Source: Nitrospirota bacterium (GTDB lineage Bacteria > Nitrospirota > JACRHJ01). Taken from it: 64,000 nt of DNA. Position 1 is the stretch's first letter, and each line of letters begins with the position of its first letter. Below are positions 55,674-64,000 of the stretch, piece by piece. The position numbers and the translations under genes are program-made. The stretch is from the NCBI GenBank assembly GCA_963733375.1, contig CAVTDB010000013.1, forward strand, positions 1 to 64,000, written 5' to 3'. The notes under the pieces are model-generated. The model saw only the letters and a list, made by a program, of their open reading frames with translations, searched no databases and had not been told where the DNA came from.

Positions 55674-56876
55674 ATGAACAAGCTGACCATAGAAGACCTC
55701 GACATTAAAAACAAGCGGCTCTTTATCCGCGTGGACTTCAACGTCCCGCTGGACGAGAACCAGAACATAACCGACGACACGCGCATCCGCTCCGCGCTGC
55801 CCACCATAAACTACGCCATCGACGGAGGGGCCAAGATAATCCTGGCCTCTCACCTGGGCCGCCCGAAGGGAAAGCCGGACGTAAAGTACAGCCTTCTCCC
55901 CGTGGCGAAAAGGCTCCAGCGCCTGTTAGACCGCGAGGTGACGTTCCTGAAGGACTGCGTAGGCCCTGAGACGGAGGATGCGGTAGCGAAGATGAAGCCC
56001 GGCGACGTGGTACTGCTGGAGAACCTCCGCTTCCACGCCGAAGAAGAAACAAACGACCCGGATTTCGCGCGCAAGCTCGCCTCCCTTTGCGATTTTTACG
56101 TCAACGACGCTTTCGGAACCGCGCACCGCGCCCACGCCTCGACCGAAGGCATCACGCATTACGTCCAAAAATCCGTTGCCGGTTTCCTCCTGAAGCGCGA
56201 GGTGGACTACCTTGTAGGGGCAGTCGCAAACCCCGTCCGTCCGTTCGTCGCAATCCTGGGCGGCGCGAAGGTGTCCGGCAAGATAGGCGTCATCGAGAAC
56301 CTCCAGGACAAGGTGGACAAGGTGATAATCGGCGGCGGCATGGCGTTCACCTTCATCAAGGCGATGGGTTACGAGGTCGGGGACTCGATGGTCGAGGAGG
56401 GGATGCTGGACGTCGCGCGCCAGATACGCCTCAAGGCCAAGGAACGCGGGGTGAAGTTTTACCTGCCGGTGGACTGCGTGGTAGCGCAGTCGATGGAGGC
56501 CGGCGCGGAGACGAAGATCGTCACCTCCCAGGAGATAAAGAAGAACTGGCGGGCGCTGGATATCGGCCCGGCGTCGGTAAAGCTTTTCTCCGAGGCGCTC
56601 GGCAACGCCAAGACCATCATCTGGAACGGCCCGATGGGCGTATTCGAGATGGACGCCTATTCCAGGGGCACCATAGCAGTGGCCCATGCCGTCGCGGACT
56701 CCTACGCGCTTTCCATAGTCGGCGGCGGGGACACGGACCTTGCCGTCCATAAGGCCGGAGAGTCGGAGAACATGTCCTTCATATCCACCGGCGGAGGCGC
56801 GTCTCTGGAACTGCTGGAGGGCAAGGAGCTTCCGGGGCTTGCTTCCCTTACGGACAAGCCAGAGAAGGCAAAATAA
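55674..56876 (+). CDS. pgk: Phosphoglycerate kinase
   Basis: [58 protein letters not shown]. Confidence 0.98.
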   Translation: MNKLTIEDLDIKNKRLFIRVDFNVPLDENQNITDDTRIRSALPTINYAIDGGAKIILASHLGRPKGKPDVKYSLLPVAKRLQRLLDREVTFLKDCVGPETEDAVAKMKPGDVVLLENLRFHAEEETNDPDFARKLASLCDFYVNDAFGTAHRAHASTEGITHYVQKSVAGFLLKREVDYLVGAVANPVRPFVAILGGAKVSGKIGVIENLQDKVDKVIIGGGMAFTFIKAMGYEVGDSMVEEGMLDVARQIRLKAKERGVKFYLPVDCVVAQSMEAGAETKIVTSQEIKKNWRALDIGPASVKLFSEALGNAKTIIWNGPMGVFEMDAYSRGTIAVAHAVADSYALSIVGGGDTDLAVHKAGESENMSFISTGGGASLELLEGKELPGLASLTDKPEKAK

Positions 56877-56882
56877 GAAAAG

Positions 56883-56982
56883 CCGTTACCTTTTTGGAAA
56901 AAGGTAACACCAAAAACTTTTGGGGTTAAACACCCCGGCTTTCTTTTGTGTTACTTTTCTTTCTCCCGAAAGAAAAGTAACG
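56883..56982. repeat. Repeat family R1, copy 10 (H2+H1rc)
   Basis: GTTACCTTTTT.AAAAAGGTAAC ACCAAAAACTTTTGG...GCTTTCTTTTGT GTTACTTTTCTTTC..GAAAGAAAAGTAAC. Confidence 0.92.
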
Positions 56983-57038
56983 AGTTTAAGCTTTTCGCCC
57001 CAGCAGACCTGGGGCATTTTTTTCTGGGGGACCTCGGA

Positions 57039-57635
57039 ATGGCCAATACCATAAAAGACGTTACCGGGCGCGACTCCAAGACCCGCCCCGACCCGTTCGC
57101 GATCATCGAAAAATATTACACGCCCGGCACGAAATCTTACGAATACATAATCCTGCGCGGCCGGATGGTGGCGGACAAGGCGCTTGCCATCGCAGAGAAC
57201 GTCACCTGGCTTCCGCCGGGGATGGCGTTCATCGAGGAGGCGTCCCTTCTGCACGACATCGGGATATTCATGTGCGACGCGCCTCATCTCGGCTGTACCG
57301 GAGATTACCCATACATCGCGCACGGATACCTGGGCAGGCAGATACTGGAGGACGAAGGCTGCCCACTGCACGCTCTGGTTTGCGAGCGGCACGTGGGGAT
57401 GGGCCTCACGAAGGCCGAGATAGTCGAAAAAAAGCTCCCCGTCCCGCACCGGGAGATGATGTCCATCACGCCGGAGGAGGAGATAATCTGCTTCGCGGAC
57501 AAGTTTTTCCCGGCGACGCCCGAGAGGATGCTGACCGAACAGAGTTTCGAGCAGACGCGTGCGACGATAGCGGAGCTTGGCGCGCGGCCCCTTCGCACAT
57601 TCGACAGGTGGGCGGCGAAGTTCGGGGTAAATTAG
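57039..57635 (+). CDS. HD-domain phosphohydrolase
   Basis: ASLLHDIG, HGYLG, CERHVG, ICFADKFF; the first His of the H..HD..D set reads as Arg here. Confidence 0.82.
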   Translation: MANTIKDVTGRDSKTRPDPFAIIEKYYTPGTKSYEYIILRGRMVADKALAIAENVTWLPPGMAFIEEASLLHDIGIFMCDAPHLGCTGDYPYIAHGYLGRQILEDEGCPLHALVCERHVGMGLTKAEIVEKKLPVPHREMMSITPEEEIICFADKFFPATPERMLTEQSFEQTRATIAELGARPLRTFDRWAAKFGVN

Positions 57636-57654
57636 ATTATTTAAACGAGGCAAC

Positions 57655-58272
57655 TTGTCAAAAATATTCCCCGCCATAAAACGCATAATCGCGCCTGATT
57701 ATTCAGAGCTGTCATTATTTGTCATGGGCTATACATGCGTTTTATTTTTTGTCGCAAATATTGCCTGGTTCAAGAATCTCGGTCCTCATTTTACGGGCGG
57801 TCAAGGCGAAGGCGTAATCATTTATATTATTTTTTTGGCTGGAATTTTACTTTCCCTTTTTCATGCATTTTCCAAAAGAAAAATAACTTCCGTTGAAAAA
57901 ATCATCCTGCTTTTCTTCGCGGTCTTATTGAACGGGTTTGCCGGACTGTGGGCAGGTACATACTATTTAGAACGAATGAAAAACATTTTTTTAATTTTCC
58001 CCATATGGAATATTTTCAGCAGCTACATGCTTATCGGCTCAATCAGGGAAGGATACGGCAGAGGAATTGACGAAAATCGTATTACCGACGGGAATGTAAA
58101 AATAATAGAGGTTGCGATAAGCGCCTTAATCGCCACGTCTGTTTTCGTCATAAGCAAATATATGTTTCATAATGTTTGGGCTGTTACTTTGTCTTTATGC
58201 ATTGTATATGCGACAAATTTGAATGCGCCGGTCGTTTCCTTAATTACCAGTAATTTAAAAAATCAATGTTAG
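57655..58272 (+). CDS. Low-GC multi-pass membrane hypothetical protein
   Basis: About six hydrophobic segments; AT-rich relative to flanks. Confidence 0.65.
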   Translation: MSKIFPAIKRIIAPDYSELSLFVMGYTCVLFFVANIAWFKNLGPHFTGGQGEGVIIYIIFLAGILLSLFHAFSKRKITSVEKIILLFFAVLLNGFAGLWAGTYYLERMKNIFLIFPIWNIFSSYMLIGSIREGYGRGIDENRITDGNVKIIEVAISALIATSVFVISKYMFHNVWAVTLSLCIVYATNLNAPVVSLITSNLKNQC

Positions 58273-58898
58273 CCCTGACTGGGTATATTAAGATTTTCAC
58301 CGCGCTTATCGCCATCGTGGACCCAATCGGCGCGGTGCCGATAGTCGTAAGCCTCACCGCCGGGATGAGCGAAAAGGAGCGGCGCAGTATCGCCCCCGTG
58401 ACCGGGTTTGCGGTCGGCGTTATCCTGGTAAGCTCGGCGCTCTTCGGCAAATTTATCCTGAGCTTCTTCGGCATCAGCATCGGCTCGTTCAAGGTCGGCG
58501 GCGGGATAATAATCCTTCTAATGGCGGTCGCCATGATGCAGGCGCATTTCGTCCCGGGCAGGCAGACTACGGAAGAGTACCAGGAGGCGGAGGAAAAAAA
58601 GAGCATCGCCGTGGTGCCCATCGCCATGCCGCTTCTGGCCGGCCCCGCCGCGATTTCGGCGGTAATCGTCTATTCCCAGGCCCCCTACGAGCCCCTGCAC
58701 ATAACCATCATCGCGCTGATCTGCATCCTGGTCGCGTTTTTGACATGGGCCCTGCTTCGGGCCGCAGGCACGATAAGCCGCGTGATGAGCAGGACGGCGA
58801 TCAACATCGTCACCCGCCTGATGGGGCTTCTGCTTGCGGCAATCTCCGTGGAACTGATTACCGGCGGCCTTGCCCAGATATTCCCGGCGCTGACGTAA
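58266..58898 (+). CDS. marC: MarC family membrane protein
   Basis: AIVDPIG, FGISIGSFKVGGG, AVVPIAMPLLAGP, TRLMGLLLAAI. Confidence 0.9.
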   Translation: MLALTGYIKIFTALIAIVDPIGAVPIVVSLTAGMSEKERRSIAPVTGFAVGVILVSSALFGKFILSFFGISIGSFKVGGGIIILLMAVAMMQAHFVPGRQTTEEYQEAEEKKSIAVVPIAMPLLAGPAAISAVIVYSQAPYEPLHITIIALICILVAFLTWALLRAAGTISRVMSRTAINIVTRLMGLLLAAISVELITGGLAQIFPALT

Positions 58899-58966
58899 GG
58901 TAAACGACTCTTCCTCTCATCATTTTCCCCCGGCGAAAATTATCACATTTGCTATACTTTAGCCTT

Positions 58967-59812
58967 ATGAAACCCCTCCTTCTCCCGGCCGTCCTGTTAA
59001 TAACCGCATCACTATGCGCCCTTTTCACCCTGCCCGCGCAGGCGCACGGGGTATTCCAGACCCAGGCGGAGCAGGACGAGGCCCTGAAATACTCCAAGGT
59101 GGACGAGAAGCTTGGGGCGGCTCTGCCGAAAGGCCTGATTTTCACCGACGAGACGGGCAGGCCTTTCAAGCTCGACGACTATCTCCGCGATAAACCCGTG
59201 CTCCTGACGCTCAACTACTACGAGTGCCCGATGCTCTGCCCGATAATATTGGGCAACCTGGCCGGTACGATGGGTAAAATGTCGGGCTTAACGCCGGGCA
59301 AGGATTTTAAACTTCTGACCGTCAGCATTAATTCCGAAGGCAGCCTTAAAAACGCTTCCGACCGGGCAAACGAGACTTACAAGATGGTCGCCAAATTCGG
59401 CGACGCCCGTCCCTGGTGGCCCTTCCTTCTGGGAACGGAGCCGACCATCCGGGCGTTGACGGACGCCGTCGGCTTTCACTACAAAAAGCTCGGGAAGGAT
59501 AACTTCGCCCATCCCTCGGTCCTTGTCGTGCTCTCCCCTGGCGGCAAGGTCTCCCGTTACCTGTACGGGATAGAGCAGGAGCCCCGGGACCTCCGGCTCG
59601 CGCTTACGGAGGCGGCGAAGGGGAAAATCGGGGCGTCCGCCACTTTGAACAGGCTGTTTCTGTTCTGCTACCACTACGACCCCGTGGGAAAGAAATACCA
59701 GCTTCTGGCGCTGAATGTGGCAAAGGTCATCGGCGGGTTTGTCGTGGTCAGCCTGGGGATCCTTTTCGGGTTCCTATGGCTTGCGGAACGCCGGAGAAAG
59801 ACCGATGCCTGA
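58967..59812 (+). CDS. SCO/SenC copper chaperone
   Basis: YYECPMLC (CxxxC), FAHPS, SRYLYG, LFCYHYDP. Confidence 0.9.
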   Translation: MKPLLLPAVLLITASLCALFTLPAQAHGVFQTQAEQDEALKYSKVDEKLGAALPKGLIFTDETGRPFKLDDYLRDKPVLLTLNYYECPMLCPIILGNLAGTMGKMSGLTPGKDFKLLTVSINSEGSLKNASDRANETYKMVAKFGDARPWWPFLLGTEPTIRALTDAVGFHYKKLGKDNFAHPSVLVVLSPGGKVSRYLYGIEQEPRDLRLALTEAAKGKIGASATLNRLFLFCYHYDPVGKKYQLLALNVAKVIGGFVVVSLGILFGFLWLAERRRKTDA

Positions 59813-61106
59813 AGTCCCGTTTCCTTACGGCGCCCCGTCGCACGTCGCCGCGGAAGTCGATTCCGTATTCATATTCATACTGGTCATCACGGCGTTCTTT
59901 TTCATCACGACTCAGGGCGCGCTGATATATTTCGCGCTCAAGTACCGGCACAGGAAGGGCCAGCCGGACGTAGCGACCTCCGTCCACCATATCGAACCGG
60001 ATACTCGAAGGCATATGGATAGGCGTCCCGAGCCTCGCCGTGGCCGCGATATTCTTCTACGGCTATACTGTGTGGGAGGACATCCGCACGGTGCCCCAGG
60101 GCGCCGAGGAGATAGCCGTCACGGCCCGGCAGTGGCTCTACCAGTTCGAGTACCCGGACGGGCGCAAGACCATTAACGAGGTTCGGGTGCCGGTGGGCGA
60201 GGCGGTGAAATTCAACCTGACGTCGGCGGACGTCATCCACGGTTTTTATCTTCCCGCCTTCCGCATAAAGCAGGACGCGGTGCCGGGCAGATATACTTAC
60301 GTATGGCTCAAGGCGGAGAAGGCGGGTGATTACGACATATACTGCACGCAGTACTGCGGCGTGGGCCACTCCCAGATGCGGGCGATCCTGAAGGTCATGC
60401 CGAAGGCCCAGTACCAGCAGTGGTACCAGCAGGAGATTGCCGCGGCAGAGAAGGTCCTGCCCGCTCGCGGATAAGGGAAAAGCGGTGGTGATGAAACTCG
60501 GATGCCTCGCCTGCCACTCAACCGACGGCAGCGTAAAGATCGGCCCTACCTGGAAAGACCTTTACGGGAGCAAGGTCACATTATCCGACGGCAGTACCGT
60601 AACCGCCGACGACAACTATATCAGGGAATCGATACTCGTTCCCGGAGCGAAGATAGTGAAAGGCTTCCCGAACGTGATGCCGACGTTCAAGGGCATCATA
60701 AAGGACGACGAGATAACCGCCGTGATAGCGTACCTGAAAACTCTTTCGACGACTGGGCCGGACACAGGAGAAGGCCGGAGAGAAGACAGCCGCCCCGGCG
60801 GCCCCGGCCCCGCGTCCTTCCGCGAAGACGGGCAAGGAGCTGGTGGAGAAAAACGGCTGTCTCGCGTGCCACACGACGGACGGGAGCGCCAAGGTCGGCC
60901 CGACTTGGAAAGGTCTTTACGGAAGCAAGGTCCCGCTGGCTGACGGCAAGGCGGTGACGGCCGACGACGCATATATCCGGGAGTCATATATTTGAGCCGG
61001 GCGAAGGTCGGTCAAGGGCTATCAGGCCATAATGCCGTCGTTCAAGGGGACGCTAACTGAGGACGACGTGAAGTCGATTACGGAATATATAAAGACATTG
61101 AAGTAA
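59805..61106 (+). CDS. coxB: Cytochrome c oxidase subunit II fused to two c-type cytochrome domains (frameshifted)
   Basis: ARQW.YQF.Y, DVIHGF, CuA motif CTQYCGVGHSQM; CLACH at ~60500 and again at ~60860. Confidence 0.9.
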
Positions 61107-61108
61107 CG

Positions 61109-61189
61109 AACCCCCTCTGTCCCGCTCGTAGGGCGTGACCCCTCGGCACGCCAGGGGTGTCGTGCCCTACAATAAGGGCTTGGGGAGTT
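61109..61189. repeat. Nested repeat R2, copy 2 (inverted relative to 31331-31410), between coxB and coxA
   Basis: GTAGGGCGTGACCCCTCGGCACGCCAGGGGTGTCGTGCCCTAC with homologous flanks. Confidence 0.88.
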
Positions 61190-61205
61190 ATGATTAGGAA
61201 AATCA

Positions 61206-62831
61206 ATGGACTGAGACTCTTTCGCATACGAAAAAAATTATTTAAACGAGACACGCGGCCTTTCCTCGTGGATATTCACGCTCGACCACAAGAGGATAGG
61301 CATTATGTACCTGTGCCTCATCATGTTCTTCTTTCTGGTCGGCGGGGTATTCGGCCTGCTGGTGCGCCTGGAGCTTCTGAAGCCGAACAACTGGCTGATG
61401 TCCAACCAGACATACAACGAAGTGTTCACCCTGCACGGCGCGATAATGATATTCCTGTTCGTGATCCCCGTCATACCTTCCGGGCTGGGGAATTTTTTCA
61501 TCCCGCTGATGATAGGCGCGCGTGACGTTGCGTTCCCGAAGCTCAATAACTTGAGCCTCTGGCTTTTCGGCGCGGGCGTCCTTGTCGTAATCGCCTCGCT
61601 TTCGCATCCGATAGACACCGGCTGGACGTTCTACACGCCCTACTCCGCTAAGACCGCCGCCGCCGTGACCGTGCTGGTCGGCGGCCTGTTCCTTATCGGG
61701 ATGTCCACCATACTCACCGGGCTCAATTTCATCGTCACGATACACAGGCTCCGCGCGCCGGGGATGACGTGGTTTCGGCTGCCGCTTTTCATCTGGGGCA
61801 TGTACGCGACCAGCATCATAAACGTCGTCGCCACCCCGGTTATCGGCATGACCTTCCTGATGCTCCTTGCCGAGAGGGTGTTCGGCGTCGGGTTCTTCGA
61901 CCCCGCGAAGGGCGGGGACCCGATCCTGTTCCAGCATTTCTTCTGGTTCTATTCGCACCCGGTGGTCTATGTGATGATACTTCCGGCGATGGGCATCATA
62001 AGCGAGGTGATACCGGTATTTGCCAGGAAGCCCATCTTCGGGTACAGGGCGATCGCGTATTCCTCGCTTGCCATCGCGTTCGCCGGGTTTCTGGTCTGGG
62101 GCCACCACATGTTCGTCGCCGGGATGTCCAACGCCGCGGACATCTTCTTCTCCTTCTTCACGTTTTTCGTCGCCGTGCCGACGGGCGTCAAGGTCTTCAA
62201 CTGGATAGTCACGCTCTACAAGGGCTCGATACACCTGGACTCGCCCATGTTATACGCGCTCACTTTCATATTCTCGTTCATCATCGGGGGGCTTACCGGG
62301 CTGTTTTTGGGTGCGCTGGCGACGAACGTCCACCTGCATGACACCTATTTCGTGGTCGCGCACTTCCATTACACGATGATGGGCGGGACGGTGATGGGGC
62401 TCTTCGCCGGACTGCACTACTGGTACCCGAAGATGACCGGCAGGATGCTGAACGAGAAGACCGCGAAGGCCGCGTGGGCGTTTGTTTTCGTCGGCTTCTT
62501 CGTGACCTTTTTCAACATGTTCATACTGGGTTTCCGGGGCATGCCGCGCCGCTGGGCGACCTATCCGCCGCAGTACCAGTTCCAGCACATCATATCCACG
62601 GTAGGCTCCTGGATACTTGCGGTCGGCATCATAATAATGTTCTATAACTTCATACGGTGCCTGAAGAAGGGCGAGAAGGCGCCGCCCAACCCCTGGAACG
62701 CCCTGACGTTAGAGTGGCAGGTGCCGTCGCCGCCGCCGACGGAGAACTTCGAGACGATACCGGTGATAACGGACTGGCCTTACGGATACCCGAAAAGGGA
62801 AGCCGGCAAGGGGACTGAATGGACGATCTGA
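61206..62831 (+). CDS. coxA: Cytochrome c oxidase subunit I, A2-type (N-terminal frameshift)
   Basis: [31 protein letters not shown] (YS motif), VWGHHM, VAHFHY, GMPRR. Confidence 0.96.
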
Positions 62832-63416
62832 AAAAAGAAGGCGTCAAGAGACAACCCGGTTTTCGTGCTGGAAACGTCCAAGCTCGGCATCTGGACGTTC
62901 CTCGCCACGGAGGTCCTGCTCTTCGGCGCGCTCTTCACGTCTACACGATGTTTCGGATCAAGTACCCGGACATGTTCTACGTCCAGCACTTAAGGCTTAA
63001 CCGCGTCATGGGGTTCGTCAATACGATAATCCTGATATGCAGCAGCTTAAGCGTCGCCATCGGCATCGCCGCTATAAGGAGAGGGAAGCAGAAGGTATTG
63101 AAAAACGCCCTTATCGTCACCCTTATCCTTGCCGGGGCGTTCCTGGTGGTAAAGGGTTTCGAGTACCGCGAGCATTTCCTGCGCGGGGAGCTGCCTGGCA
63201 CCAACATATTTTTTTCGCTATATTTTATCATGACGGCCATCCACGCCCTTCACGTCATAGCCGGGATGGGCGCGCTTAGTTACTGCCTCATCCGTACATC
63301 CAGGGGGCGATTTCTCGGCGGAGTACGCGGTCCCGGTGGAAATCTCGGGCATTTACTGGCATTTCGTGGACCTTGTCTGGATTTACCTTTTCCCGATGCT
63401 GTACCTGATGGGTTGA
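62819..63416 (+). CDS. coxC: Cytochrome c oxidase subunit III (frameshifted)
   Basis: [44 protein letters not shown]. Confidence 0.9.
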
Positions 63417-63421
63417 AATTT

Positions 63422-63685
63422 ATGGCCGCATACAGAACATATATCCTTGTCTGGGTGACGCTGCTTTGCCTCACGGTACTCACGTGGGCGGTCTCGTACG
63501 TCCATTTAGGGATCTTCAACGCGGTGGTGGCCTTGACGATAGCCTCGGTGAAGGCGTCGCTGGTCGCGCTTTTCTTCATGCACTTAAAGTCCGAGAAAGA
63601 GCTGGTCTGGGCTTTCGCGCTGTTCCCGCTCGGTTTCCTGGGGCTTTTGATTATCGGTACTTTCGTGGATTCGATGTTTAGATAA
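63422..63685 (+). CDS. coxD: Cytochrome c oxidase subunit IV
   Basis: YILVWVTLL.LT, IASVKASLVALFFMHLK. Confidence 0.88.
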   Translation: MAAYRTYILVWVTLLCLTVLTWAVSYVHLGIFNAVVALTIASVKASLVALFFMHLKSEKELVWAFALFPLGFLGLLIIGTFVDSMFR

Positions 63686-63687
63686 AA

Positions 63688-63784
63688 CCGTTACTTTTCT
63701 TTCGGGAAAGAAAAGTAACCAAAAGAAAGCCGGACAGTTTAAAGCCCAAAAGTTTTTGGCGCTACCTTTTTCCAAAAAGGTAGC
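63688..63784. repeat. Repeat family R1, copy 11 (H1+H2rc)
   Basis: GTTACTTTTCTTTC.GAAAGAAAAGTAAC CAAAAGAAAGCCGGACAGTT...AAAAGTTTTTGGC GCTACCTTTTT.AAAAAGGTAGC. Confidence 0.92.
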
Positions 63785-63806
63785 AAAGGTTTAAAGGGAG
63801 GAAACT

Positions 63807-64000
63807 ATGCTAGGGAAAGTTACGCTCGGCGCTTTTTTCCTGCTCCTGGTCTGGGGCAACCTCGTCGCCGGTATGAAGGCGGGGCTCGGTTGTCCGGACT
63901 GGCCGCTCTGCCACGGGCGGGTGGTGCCGCCGTTTCGGTGGGACATATACATGGAGTTCGGCCACCGGATAATCGCCGCCGTCTCCACGGCGTGTCTCGC
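63807..64000 (+). CDS. ctaA: Heme A synthase (COX15/CtaA), 3'-truncated by window edge
   Basis: AGLGCPDWPLCHG, EFGHR; GGAGG RBS. Confidence 0.88.
   Translation, partial: MLGKVTLGAFFLLLVWGNLVAGMKAGLGCPDWPLCHGRVVPPFRWDIYMEFGHRIIAAVSTACL

Overview
The window appears to join two unrelated genomic segments. Bases 1 to ~2530 look alphaproteobacterial: the 3' part of a class I PHA synthase (phaC), two small hypothetical fragments and a 5'-truncated IS630 transposase. Bases ~2560-64000 are a mostly core chromosomal region of a Nitrospirota/Desulfobacterota-like bacterium (taxonomy inferred from gene content only). That segment carries an FG-GAP repeat protein, a GNAT, pyrF, htrA, pfpI, tldD, an ECF sigma/anti-sigma/DUF3106 locus, argD-argF-X-argG-argH-glycerate kinase, nifS-nifU-pncA-pncB, a large ASKHA activator, cusCBA, a Na/Ca exchanger, purE, addBA, gap-pgk and sco-coxBACD-ctaA. 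Most long genes contain single-base frameshifts, consistent with uncorrected long-read errors rather than pseudogenes. The most notable signals are: (1) a 186-bp, almost purely synonymously diverged duplicate of the GNAT gene's 3' end that brackets a lower-GC cargo gene and precedes a RosmerTA-like HTH/Zn-peptidase module, with no integrase in view; (2) a dense family of ~100-bp modular double-hairpin intergenic repeats (11 copies) with compensatory stem changes, plus further nested palindromic repeat families, some inside genes; (3) a self-contained ECF regulon with two matching promoters, one driving a small secreted Lys-rich protein; (4) a leaderless Cys/His-rich uORF and a HisKA-only membrane protein ahead of cusCBA; and (5) an unassigned 69-nt hairpin leader. 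No rRNA, tRNA or CRISPR array was seen.
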